Source of the DNA: Histomonas meleagridis 2922-C6/04-290x
Lineage: Eukaryota > Protista > Parabasalia
Length of the DNA stretch: 64,000 nt
Reading direction: 5' to 3'
NCBI GenBank assembly: GCA_020184695.1
Contig: JAANOX010000227.1
Coordinates: 62,001 to 126,000, forward strand
Shown here: piece after piece, positions 48,326 to 61,387 of the stretch
Layout: each line of letters opens with the position of its first letter
Numbering within the stretch: the first letter of the stretch is position 1
The notes under the pieces: generated by a model
What the model was told of the DNA's origin: nothing
The model's database searches: none
Seen by the model: the letters and a program-made list of their open reading frames with translations, nothing else
Program-made: the position numbers and the translations under genes

Positions 48326-51300
48326 TTGAACGGAGAAATTTCGAAAAATGTGATAAATTCACCCATCACAGAATTACTTCAATTTAGCACCTACAACCTT
48401 ATTCCACCACAAAACACATTCCCATGTTTGTTTTATCCACTTTGTCAACGAATTTTTTATACATTTTCAGAATGCATCAAACATGCATATATGGAAGAAG
48501 AGCATGAACCACAAGAAATCAACCAACTAAAACGTTTCTTACCTCACGAACTCACATTATACGCTTGTTTATATGAAAGATTCAAATTCCAAGTCCCAAA
48601 TATTATCAACAATTTAATACCATTTTTCATTTTATACTCATGAAGAAGGTTTTGTTATACGTAAATGTCCTTTACCAAATTGTAATTATTTTATTAAAAA
48701 AACCCTGATGATTTTTCGGCAGCATTTCGCCGATCACATAAACCAGTTAAAAATCCTAGATCAATCATTTGCCACTAACGGTTATATTTGGTCGATAATT
48801 ATTAGTCATGTTAAAATTCGTAACAAAATCCCTACAGTTAGAGAATTTCTTGGAATTCCTGATACAAATATTTTAATACCAAGAAATGTTATTAGTAACA
48901 ACTCTAACATTCCAATTTTAATTTTATTAAGAAACATTGATTTTAATTTTAATAACTCCCCACCTTGGTTAGGATTAATTAATAGAAACATGGGTTTAAC
49001 AGTTCCAGTTCTACCAATTCAATTTATAGATGGTGGTTTAATTATAGATAATATTGACTTAAACAATATCAATAATATTCCCCAAATTCCTCTGAATAAT
49101 GACCCTAGAGTCAAAGAAATTACAAATAATGGGGAACTAATCAACTGTGAAATATGTGATACGATTCCAATTATTGAAGAAGTAAGTGATGAGTTAATGA
49201 TTAGAAATGATAAAATAAATGAGTTAAGAAATAGATTATTATCTTTTATTCTACACATATTAGAGAATAACTTTAGAAACAATTCTGGAAACTATAATCA
49301 AGTTCATACAAATGAAGAAGAAGTTAAAAATCAAAATACCAGAAGTTTCTATTGAGCGTGAAATAATTCCTATTAAAATCCCGGAAACTAAAATTACATT
49401 ATTTAATCAAGAAATTAATATTCCTGCCTATTCTATGGCACAAGTGCCAGTTAATATAGAAATCCCTAATTATCAATTAATTCAACGTGACATAGAATAT
49501 CCCATAGATATACCGAATTATGTTAGAAATCCAACTACATTCGAAATAGGTATTCCAGACTATCATAAATATCAAGTACCAATTGAAAAACCAGAGTTTA
49601 ATATAGTTAAAAGTAAGATTGACGTCCCAGTTGATACACCTAATTTCGTATATAAACCTAAAGATATTTTAATACCTATCGAAAAGCCAAATTATCAATT
49701 AGTAGAAAGTAAAATTGATGTTCCAGTCGAAATCCCAAAGATAGATTTCTATGAAAATCGGATCAAAAATGGATATAGATGTCATGAAATATGATTTTAG
49801 AGATATTTCAGTTCCCATAGATATACCAAGACCTAATTTCAATATTATACCAAAACAAATCGACATTGAGATACCAGTTCCAAACTTTAGATTTAATAAT
49901 AATGTAAACTTACAACAACAACAACAAAATGATCAATTAACATATGAAGGGATTAATCAAGATATTCAAAATATTACTCAAAATTCAAATCATGATAATG
50001 AAAATAATGTAAATGTTACACAAGATACAAATAATAATAACAATAATGAAAGAAATAATCATGATAATGAAGAAAATAATAGAGAATTATTACACAAACC
50101 AGAAGATTTAATTGAAGAGTTAAGGAATGTGAACTCTGAAAAAGATTTAAAAGAAATAATCGATAAATGGACTTCTTATAATATTAATAATATTTCAGAT
50201 TGGATAGATGATAATAAACCCTTGGAAGAACATTATATTACAAACTTAATAGTTATTAAAAGGAAATGGCCAGGTGTGAATACATTTGTCTGTCCACATG
50301 CATGTGGTTTCGCAACACATTCTAATACATTATTAGATATACATCAAAGAGAAGTTCATAATAAAATATTAAAAGGGAATCAAATATTAGAAACAATTGG
50401 ATCAATTATTAATAAGAAAACATTTTGGAAAATTATCACATATGAAAGTAATGGTAATAAAAGGAAAACTTATCGGAAAACTTTATGGAATTGTCCTTGT
50501 CCAAGTTGTAAATATGTAGGTGACTTAAAAAAACAGGATTAGCTAATCATGTTCGAAAAGTTCATCCACAATACAACAAAGATAAGAACATTTATGGTTG
50601 GTTTTGGGCAATGATTTTACAATGGGTCAAGCATCCGTTGAAAAGGAACCCACCAACTATAAAGAAATTGTTCAAGTCCAAAAAGATTAAAGAATGTAAT
50701 TATTGCAGAGCCATTGGAACCTCAATAAATAATATAGGTTTACATGCTAAATCAATGCATGGTGCATCTAGAGTAGAAGGAAATCAAGGAAAATTTGAAG
50801 ATGCTATTGCTAAATCTTACATTAATAAAGAATTAACAGAAGATAAAATTAGATTTATCAAATCTAAATGTAAAGAGAATGAAGATGAAATGGAAAACAT
50901 TAGAGAAAGAATTAAAAAAGCTGAAGATGAACCTATCAATATACAACAACCAGTACAACAAAATCAAATAAATAATAATAATGATGATAATAATAATGAA
51001 GAAATAATTAATAGAAGAAGAAAAAGTGAAGAAAGACAAAGACTAAGAGATAGAAAAATGATTCAAAGAATTGAGAACAATATTATAATCAATCAACAAA
51101 TAGAAGAAGTTAATAATAATAATGAAGAAGAACAACAATCACAAAATCAAAATGAAGAAGAAGAAATTATTCCAAATATTATTATCATTAATAATAATAA
51201 TCAACCTAATAATTTAGAACAAGAAAATTTAGATAATTTATTAAATAAAGCAAAGAAATGAATCAAAAAATGTGAACGAGAAGAATCAAATGGAATCAGT

Positions 51301-54300
51301 GTACCTAAATGTACAGAGAAGATTAGAAGATCTTTAAGAAAACCTATAAGTAAATTATTAAAGAATAAAATTATTCCATTAATGAAGAAAATCAAAATTA
51401 AAAACAACTATCGAATTAATGATCAAAAATGGTTTATAATGGAAGTAATTATAGCAAAAATGATTATATCCATTAGAAAAACTATTCGAACAGTTTTAAA
51501 GATCCCAATTAACAAAATGTAAAGAAGACGACCAATTCTAAACAAAAACAATAATAACGAAGAAGAATTAAGAAGAGAAAGAATTAGTTATGAAGAAGAA
51601 AGACATATTACAAATCTCATTTCTAATATCGAGAAATATTTAGAATGAAATAATCGAGAACAAAATCAAAATATTTTAAATAGTATATCAATCATTAAAG
51701 ATAAATTAGTAGATATTTTACATAAATTAGATGATGATTTTATTAACAGAACATTCGGAGGAAGAAAAATTCAAGATATTAGATCTTTTATAAATGAAGA
51801 AGAAGAATTTCGAAATATGAAATTTAACTGGATTAAGAATACATTAGAAGATGAAATTGCTACCAGAAGTGGTATTTTAAGTGAAAAATATAAAGAAAAG
51901 ATTCAAAATTTATATCAAGAAGATTCTAGAAAATGTATTAATTGGCGTATCTGTAAAAATCCTACACCAGAATGTCCTTTAACTTTAAATCAATTTGAAG
52001 AATTCTTTAAAAATGAATGGAACTCTAAAATTGATTTTCATCCACCTAATAATGATTCTAAATGGAATTTAGATAATTGTTTTAAAAAAGAAGATAAAGA
52101 TTTATTTATTACTATGTTATTAGATAAAGATAGAATTAAAGAAGTCATTAGATCTAGACCAAATTTAAGTGCTCATGGTATCGACGGTATTTCTAACTCA
52201 ATTTGGAAATCTAATATTAATATTACATTCAAAATTATTAAATATATAGTTTCTTATATGATTTTATATGAAAGAATTTCAGAAAGTTGGAAATCATCAA
52301 AAACTATTTTATTATATAAGAAAGAAGCACCAGAAGAATTAAGATCTTGGAGACCAATTAGTATTTCTAATACTATATATCGAATTATCTTTTGTTTATT
52401 TTTAAAATGTATTCAAGATATCAATTATAAAATCAATATCATTAATAGAGTTCAAAAAGGATTTAAAGAAGGAATTAATGGAGCAGCAGAACATATTGAA
52501 ACAATTAATGAATTAATTTCTAATGCCAGAAGAAAGAAACAAAGTATTTATATTACAGCTTTAGATTTTACTAATGCTTTTGGTACAGTACCTCATGAAT
52601 TAATTACCTGGGCATTAAAAGCCAAAGGTTTTCCAGATAAGTTTATTGATATTATAAAAAATTCTTATAAGAATTCATACACGAAAATATTTTATAAAGG
52701 AAATAATTCTAGACCAATATTCGTCAAAAGAGGTGTAAAACAAGGATGTCCTTTATCACCTACATTATTTGATTTATGTTTAGAACCGCTATTAAAAGCA
52801 ATTCAAATTAAAAATAAAGATGATGGTATATTAATTGAAGACGAAATCAATAATGAAATACTTAGATTCAATATTCAAGCGTATGCAGACGATGTTATTT
52901 TAATGTCTAGTTCAGAAGAAGGTATGAATAATATGTTAAAGACAGTTGAAAAGTTTTGTAAATTTTCAGGAATGGAATTAGCAACTAAAAAATGTAAATC
53001 TCTATATTATACTTATACTGATAGAACAAGAAATACATTAAACATTAACTTTAATATTAACAATGAAATTATTCCACAAATTTCTTTATTTTCTTATATT
53101 GAAAATTTAGGAATCCCAATAGCTTGTAATAGAGCTATTAAGAAGAAACATTCTAGATTAATTATTAATGAAATAAAGAACCAAATTACTAAAATTATGG
53201 AATCTCCATTAAAGATTACTCAGAAGATAGATTGTATTAAAAGACTAATTACGCCAAAATTTGACTATATTCTATTAAATAGTGTTTGTCCGTTAAATGA
53301 ATTAAAAGAAATAGATAAATATATTAGAGGTTGGATTAATAAATTATGTAAATCTAAAGGTATTCCTATTAATTATTTTTATACGAATTGGAGATATGGA
53401 GGATTAGGTATGAAAAGTTTATATGAAAGATACCAAATTCTTACAATTAGAAATTACATTGCGATGAAATATTCTAAAGAAAATATTATTCGGAAATTTA
53501 CTAATCAAATGGAGAAAGATGAAATAGATTATAGAGGACTTATTAAAGATGGAGAAAGTCCTTATCTTAATTTTAGATTTGATGATCAAAACAATTTAAT
53601 GCAAACTAGAAGAAACAAAGAACATTGTTTATTTATTGAAACATTAAAAAGTTTATCAAACTTACAAATTATTTTTATTATTGACAAAAAAAATGAAAGT
53701 ATTAAATTAGGAGATTTTAAAGATGAGATAGTTGAACAAAATGTCGAATCAGACAAAATTCTAGAGCAATTGAACCAATTAATCTGTGTTAGACACAGAA
53801 ATGCTCTAATTTCATCTGATTTTAAAGGACATACGTTCAATACTCTCATTGATTCGAAGACTTCAAATTATTTCTTTACTCAATGCAAATACCCAATCAG
53901 TGATACTCTAGCAAAATTTGTAATATTAAGTAGAACCAATAATTTAAGCACTGGTGAAATATTACATAAAAATAAACCAGAAGTATTTGATGGTAAATGT
54001 CATAGATGTCATAGTAATTTAAATGATTCATTAATGCATAGATTAAATGGTTGTCATATAATTAAAAGTTGGTTTACACCTAGACATAATGCAATCTTAA
54101 AAGAAGTTATTAAAAGTATTAAAGAAAAAGATAGAGAAAATAAACTAATTATTAATTATGATAAACCTATTAAAAAGAATCAATTAAGATTACCAGAAAG
54201 ATCTAAAAGATTAAAACCAGATGCTTGGTTCTTCACAGATAATATATTAAATATTATTGAGGTTAATTGTCCTAATGGAAGTCTTAAAGATACAGATGAA

Positions 54301-54861
54301 GGTAAAATTAACTCATCAGTAATTAGAAGACAAGAAAAACTAGATAAATATAACAATCTAGTTGGAGATTGTAACAATACCTTCAATTGTACCACCAATA
54401 TTTATGTAATAATTGTCTCATCATTAGGTGCAATACCTAAAGAAACCTATAAAGATATTAAAATATTATTACATAACGACAAATATAAAGCAAAATTAAC
54501 AACATCCAAATGATGTTCAATGGTAGCTTTAAGAGAATCTCTTAAAATTTATCGAAAATGGGGTACATATAATATCAAGGATAATTTAACCAATGAAGAA
54601 AATATAGCAGAACAAATTGAAGAAGAAGTCGAACACAACGGTGACACGGATGATGGTTTCGACAATGATAACACTGACGAAGATCTGAACATTGAAGATG
54701 AAGATCTGAACATCGAAGATGAAGATTCGATTATTGAAGACGAAGATACGAATGAAGAAAATTTAGAAGATGAACAAGTACATGATACACACAGGACTCA
54801 TTTAACTCTTGAATATGGGGTCGGGTTCGAGAGTTTAGAAAGTAACGATGAATCACAATAA
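48326..54861 (+). pseudogene. Single long retrotransposon ORF (5 C2H2 fingers, Pro/Ile/Val-rich repeats, RT, CCHC knuckle, PD-(D/E)xK endonuclease) broken by about 4 frameshifts and 4 in-frame stops
   Basis: RT: WRPISISNTIYR, QKGF, LDFTNAFGTV, GVKQGCPLSP, YADD. Knuckle: CHRC..HRLNGC. RLE: RHN, KPDAW, IIEV. In-frame stops at 51259, 51520, 51646 and 54511. Confidence 0.92.
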
Positions 54862-54948
54862 TAATACTAATTAAGTATTAATTATGTTAAAGCGGGAGCG
54901 CTAAAATCATTTAAAAGTGACACTTTAATACTCGGTATGCTAATAAAC

Positions 54949-55005
54949 AGTCCTGGGTGGTACATTTTTTTGATTTTTTAGATGCAAGTATTTTTAAGTC
55001 GAGAA
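54949..55005 (+). repeat. Right copy of the 57-bp target-site duplication (begins with the 3' 16 nt of tRNA-Arg)
   Basis: AGTCCTGGGTGGTACATTTTTTTGATTTTTTAGATGCAAGTATTTTTAAGTCGAGAA, identical to 37073-37129. Confidence 0.93.
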
Positions 55006-55252
55006 GAATATTTTTTTTCGTTAGGTAATTTGATCAATAATTCTTGGCTTATATTTTTTTTAATTAGATTTAGTTGCAATAGTTAACAATGATTAATACT
55101 TTTAATTGAGTTTGATTAAGTATGCTTCTTTTTGAATGATGAGAAACTTTTTCAATGTGGATGATATTAATCGCAATAATGGAAATATACTATTTTAAGG
55201 TGAAGTATCAATTTATAGTACTTTCCCAATTTATAAAAAATAAAACTGAAAA

Positions 55253-55325
55253 GTACCACTGGCCCAATGGATAAGGCGTGTGCCTACGGAGCATGAGATT
55301 CCAGGTTCGAGTCCTGGGTGGTACA
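55253..55325 (+). tRNA. tRNA-Arg(ACG), copy 2
   Basis: Identical to 37016-37088; oligo-T terminator follows. Confidence 0.97.
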
Positions 55326-55371
55326 ATTTTTTTCATTTTTTGATGCGAAGTGTTTAATATCTTAAAATTTT

Positions 55372-56751
55372 GTACCACTGGAATCAACATCCCTGATAAC
55401 CTTATTAAGATTTCTTTTTGGTCGGAAAATTTTTTTTTCGGAGATAAATAATTTCGAGATAATTTCTCCTTGAATCATCGATACTCTATACAGAACACAA
55501 CAGGAACACCTCCAGAACGACCACAACACATCTAGATACCTCTAGAGGTATCATTAATTTTAACGGAGAATTTTTGAAAAATGTGATAAATTCACCCATC
55601 ACAGAATTACTTCAATTTAGCACCTACAACCTTATTCCACCACAAAACACATTCCCATGTTTGTTTTATCCACTTTGTCAACGAATTTTTTATACATTTT
55701 CAGAATGCATCAAACATGCATATATGGAAGAAGAGCATGAACCACAAGAAATCAACCAACTAAAACGTTTCTTACCTCACGAACTCACATTATACGCTTG
55801 TTTATATGAAAGATTCAAATTCCAAGTCCCAAATATTATCAACAATTTAATATCATTTTCGTTTCATTAAGAAACATCGATTTTGATTTTAACAACTTGC
55901 CACCTTGGTTAGGGCTAATTAATAAAAACATGGGTTTAGCAGTTCCAGTTCTACCAATTCAATTTATAAATGGTGACCTGATCAAAAATAATATTGACTT
56001 AAACAATATAAGTAATATTCCCCAAATCGATCTGAACAATGACCCTACAGTCAAGGAAATTACAAATAATGGGGAACTAATCAATTGTGAAATATGTGAT
56101 ACGATTCCAATTATTGAAGAAGTAAGTGATGAATTAATGACTAGAAATGATAAAATAAATGAGTTAAGAAATAGATTATTATCTTTTATTCTACACATAT
56201 TAGAGAATAACTTTAGAAACAATTCTGGAAACTATAATCAAGTTCATACAAATGAAGAAGAAGTTAAAATCAAAATACCAGAAGTTTCTATTGAGCGTGA
56301 AATAATTCCTATTAAAATCCCGGAAACTAAAATTACATTATTTAATCAAGAAATTAATATTCCTGCCTATTCTATGGCACAAGTGCCAGTTAATATAGAA
56401 ATCCCTAATTATCAATTAATTCAACGTGACATAGAATATCCCATAGATATACCGAATTATGTTAGAAATCCAACTACATTCGAAATAGGTATTCCAGACT
56501 ATCATAAATATCAAGTACCGATTGAAAAACCAAATTATCAATTAGTAGAGAGTAAAATCGATGTTCCAGTTGATACACCTAATTTCATATATAAACCAAA
56601 AGACATCCTAATACCTATTGAAAAACCAGAATATCAATTAGTGGAAAGTAAAATTGATGTCCCAGTTGAAACATCTAATTTTATATATGAATCGGAAGAC
56701 ATTTTAGTACCTATTGAAAGGCCAAACTATCACCTATTAGAGAGGAAATAA
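55372..56751 (+). mobile_element. 5' part of a second copy of the RLE retrotransposon (internal deletion of about 310 bp relative to copy 1)
   Basis: High similarity to 37135-37181 plus 48198-49740; ORFs 55574-55870 and 55897-56751 are near copies of the copy-1 ORFs. Confidence 0.92.
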
Positions 56752-57984
56752 AAAATGCATAACCAAAAATAACATCAAAATAGGGAAATTTTTTTGAAAT
56801 GCTTTTTGCAGGATTTTATTGAATTGGGTTTGTTTCAATATTTGATCTTGCTTGCATATTTTGCTTAACTTGTATTATTTGTATAGTGACGGTGCGTAAT
56901 TGACATTGTTGCCAACTGCTACATCCAGATTCTGAGCAATTCTAATTTGAAGATGAGTTTCGATATTCATTTTTTATCTATAGTTTCTGAACAAGTGCTT
57001 TTGTTATGATAAACCAATTTACAACATCTTCTTCATGTTCTTTTTTGCTTTGCAATTTCTTTTGGATGCTTATGCCTCTTAATTATTATAAGCAGGCCAG
57101 GGTGACTTTTATTCTTAAGAATAAAAATGTCATTTGCTTTCAAAATTCCCATACTTTGAATTTCAAAGTTATTTATATAAACATTCCTGATAATTTCATA
57201 GTGATTAAACGATGAGATGCTCTTTAATTTGCATCAACAAAGCTCTGTCTACATCTTTCATATCTTGATAAATCTTTTCGCGAAAATCTCTTTAGTCGCT
57301 TTTTATCGGGAAAAATTGAGTCCCATTCCGGTTTTGCTTTGTCTGATCAAAACCATTTGAAAAATTAATGTCACATTTTTTTGAAGAAAAGCACTCTGAA
57401 ATACTCAATAAATAATAGAAACAAAGACTTAAAATTGTTATTAATTTGGTATCATCATTTGAAATTTCATAGCATTCTCTGCCATATTTTTCATTATTTT
57501 TGTTGAAATAGGTTCCTTTGCATTTGAACTTTTTTATCCATGCATAACATTTATAAGACCTCGCATTAATTGTCTGAAACTTTGATCATGAACTGTAAAA
57601 TTATCGCATTTATCAATTATTCTGCACCTATATGAAAAGGCAAACACAAATTGACAAATGTATCCATAAGTTGTAGTAGGATGTTGACTCTTATAATATA
57701 CAATAAACGCACGTCTCTTTTTCGCAGCACATGGAAATGGATTTGGACCGGTCTCCAAATAAGTTGTTTCGTAAACATGCAATAGAGATTGATATGTTTT
57801 CTGTGTTACAAGTTATAACTTTTGAGAGCGAATGTTATTTTCTTTATTTAATTGTATTTTTTTTTTATCGCTCTCATAAAATTGAATAAAATGATAAGGT
57901 TCATTAATAATACAATATTTATAATATCAAAGTTATCGCAAAAAATATTTCACAGTTTTTGACATTTACAAATGAAGGTAAAAT

Positions 57985-60900
57985 CAAGACGTATCCGACT
58001 ACATAATTTTAAAATATTACTTAAAGATATTAATAACATATATATTACAATATATTGCATAATCAACAAGTCAATTTACTTCTCATGAAATCATACATAT
58101 TCAAAGATATTTATGTTTCAAAATGTGTTTACTATCAAAATTAAAAAGTTGAAACGACAATTTTATTTTGACCAATTAATGATTGAAAATGTGATAATGC
58201 TTAACGGTCGTTAAAGTGCTATTTTTCTTCATTTTATGAAGAAACTGTGTTATTATTAATTTTTTAATTACAAAACACAGTTTAGAAAAGCTAAAACGAA
58301 TAAACTCAAGCATAAAAGCTACCTGGATGGGATGAATTAATTTATTGAAAGGGTTTTGCGGAAGTAGCATATCTATTTCTGATATTTCTACCATATTCTT
58401 CATTCACACGATACTGTGCAGCATTAAGCGTCCAATGTTTCTTGGTTTCAGTTAATTCATTATAATTTTCTTTCTCAAGTAATTCTTTTTCCAAAGAATT
58501 AATATCGGAATATATTGGTTTCATCAAAAACCTATATATTTCGGTGTCAAAAGATCCTAAAAGTTGAACCTGATGAAACAAACTTTCTACAAAATCTCTG
58601 CATTTCAAAATTTCATCATTGTCAAATGAAATAATTCCTGATTCTACTACAGTAGTAGAGCGGATTCTAGCCTCCTTCTATGATTTGCATCATCAAAGTT
58701 AGTGTCTTTTCGATATGTATCAATAAATTGTATCTTATTAATGGCTGACCTAATAGCATCCATTGTTTGACAATTTTCGGCATTTCTTCTTATTCTCACA
58801 AAGAAATGTTCAGATAAAATTGATCCAACACGAGATAAAGGAAATGTGTCAGGTATTGATGTTAATGCTTTGATCATGCATGAAAAGAAATTTGCATAAT
58901 CAATGCATAAGATGGGACTTAAGATCATCTTGGAAATTGAAGATTTTGTTTTTGGATCCTTTTTACATTCATCTAAGAACATTTTATAGAAGACCACAAT
59001 AAATAAGCCAATATAACACATTTGACATCTTTTAAACCTTGTAAGATGCTTGCTTGCCGTCACACTTCTAGCCAATACACCAACCCATAAATAAAGAATT
59101 ACTGAATTATTTCCAGATTTGGATGCTTTTCTCAATGTTTTCCATCGAAGAAGTGCTGACGGATAATAATCATCCATACTCTGCAATGACCCATGTCTAA
59201 AGATACAATTTGGCAACGTTTTGTCAATCTGCTGAAGTGTACCTTAAGAAACACAATGAGATGAGTTTATATAATCTGGTTTGAGATATGAACTTTTGTT
59301 ATTTATCATTGCTTTTCTTAGGCGTTTTAAGCAATGATATGCATCATTTGAATACATCACTTCTTCGCTTGAAATTTCATCAAGATTTATTATGTTATTA
59401 TTCCATAGTGATGTAATTCTTTTATATTGCTTGTCGAAATTGTTTCTATAGCATTTATCCCCATCACTTCCAATAAATTTTATCTTCATTCCTTTTTTTT
59501 TTAAGTGATTGATAATATAATCAAGATCATTTCTGATATATTCTGTAGCAGATCCGGAGTTGGAAAATTTTATATAAATAGGATAAGACCTTTTTGGTGA
59601 CAATGGACATATTAATATGACAAAGATATGAGTAACAATCATTTTTCGATCTAATAACTCATTCCAAAGATTGCAATATAATTCACGATCTTCTTTGTAC
59701 TCTATTGGTTCCCTTGGAAGACTAATTTGTTCAATTGTTACTCTAACTTCACCATCCGAAGTTATTGTTAAATTTTCGTCTACTTTTGCAGCATCAATAC
59801 TTATTGTATAGAACTCATCACTCGAAAGGTGAAGCCTATTGGCCCAAAATTGAAAAATATTATCAACTTGATCTAAACTTTCTAAATTATTCCATTTTGG
59901 AATGCTTTTCTCATTTTTAACCCATTGATCAACAGTACTTTGACTCGGTCCATTTAGATAATCTTTCATCATCGCGAACGCTTTTCTGCTGTACATCATG
60001 AGTCTGACCCAAAATGCCTTGCTAGATTGTGAATACCTTTTGCCATTCTTTTTCCTAAAATTCTTTTCAGCTTCATTCAAGATATCATCAAATTCATTTA
60101 GAAAAATGAATTTGTTTTCCCGCAACTTTTTCTCGTTAATGTTGGAGCATGTTTTTAAAGTTCTGATCTTACGTGCATAAATAAGTTGCTGTCCTTTTAA
60201 TTTCCTTCTATTTCTGATATTATTCCATATAACGAGCTGTTTTGAAATATTTTTGCTATTGTCAAAATTATCATTGTTTGTTTTTCATCGTTATTTGAAA
60301 CAAAAATTAAAGGAGACTTGTCAATTATTTCATTATTTGCGATTTCTCGCGTAATAATTTTATTTTTGGATTTTTGTTTCGTTTCATATGAATCTCTGAT
60401 TCTGAACAGCTCCCTTCTGCAACCTTCACATGTTCTTAATGGAAGAATCGAACAAACCTTGTCAAAGCAACCAAATTTCACCCAACATGTCACAAGCAAG
60501 AGTTTTTCTTCTTTTGACCAAGAATTTTTCACAGTTGGGACAAGAAGGCCTGGACTATTCAATGCACAATCAAGAATTTCATTTGTTTGCCTAAGATCTA
60601 AACCCATAAAAACGAAAATTTGTGATAAATGATTAAATGTAATTTGCTGTTTTAGGAAAAGAAAATAAAGAAATTCAATCTCAATTTTGATTTCGTCTTC
60701 GTAGATATTCCAATCTGGAACAAAATTGTTTAGGAGATACCGAATTAGAATTTCTTCAGGCTGACACATGACCATAATGTCAAAACCACCAAAACCGTTA
60801 TCATTCTGAATTTGTCCTATCGTGGGCAACTCGATTCAATTTTTTGACTTTTTGATAAACCCTAAGCTTCTATCGTCGCCATTAAGTTTTCATTTAGCCG

Positions 60901-61387
60901 TTTTCTCACAATTCTTGGGCAAGTTTAACGTCCATTTTGTATTCAATTTTTTTGATGATTTGCGACAATAATATTAAAGTTTAATAAAAGACATTCAAAA
61001 TATATGTTTTAAGCATATGATAGAAAGAGTCTGTCAGACAGAATTTAAGAATATTATCTTAAAATAAAGTTCTAAAAAATCTCTAATATTTTATTTTTCA
61101 CCTAACATTCTATAAATATATTATACATATATAATATACAAATACTGCCATGTGAAAATATGAACAAAAACCACGAATTGCTCTATAGTATTTAAAGACA
61201 TCTGAATTTTTTTTAAATTGTCAAAATGATTAATACCTTATTAATCATAATATAATGCACATCCAATCATTGGAAAACAAATTATATTTTATTTACTAGC
61301 AAAAACAACCCATATATCCTTTTTGATGACTTAAATTAAAGAAATTATTTTATTCAACGACCGTTTATACAAGTCGGATACGTTCTG
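57985..61387 (-). mobile_element. P-superfamily DNA transposon, 3.4 kb, inserted in the endonuclease region of retrotransposon copy 2
   Basis: 16-bp TIRs CAAGACGTATCCGACT / AGTCGGATACGTTCTG (14/16); flanking duplication (G)TAAAAT; both flanks match copy 1 around 54296-54330 (GATGAAGGTAAAATTAAC). Confidence 0.75.
58342..60829 (-). pseudogene. P-element/THAP9-like transposase with an N-terminal Myb/SANT-like region; two frameshifts and one in-frame stop
   Basis: KRYS...SRKAFAMMKDYLNGPSQSTVDQW, ISIDAAKV, IGSDGD, NDAYHCLKRLR and SEHFFVRIR; upstream SWSKEEKLLL..W....KVCSILPLRTCEGCRRE. Confidence 0.72.

Larger units (their letters stand above)
37130..54948 (+). mobile_element. R2-superfamily non-LTR retrotransposon (RT + RLE), about 6.8 kb, inserted in tRNA-Arg and interrupted by an 11-kb DNA transposon
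   Basis: Bounded by the 57-bp direct repeat. The 5' piece 37130-37181 and the continuation from 48198 join to match the uninterrupted 5' end of copy 2 (55380-55450). Confidence 0.9.

Noticed and set aside
14302-54861. Alternative genetic code suggested by in-frame TGA/TAA in long frames
   Set aside because: Such stops occur only in transposon ORFs. Housekeeping genes are open under the standard code and end in TAA/TGA, and copy 2 has AGA where copy 1 has TGA.
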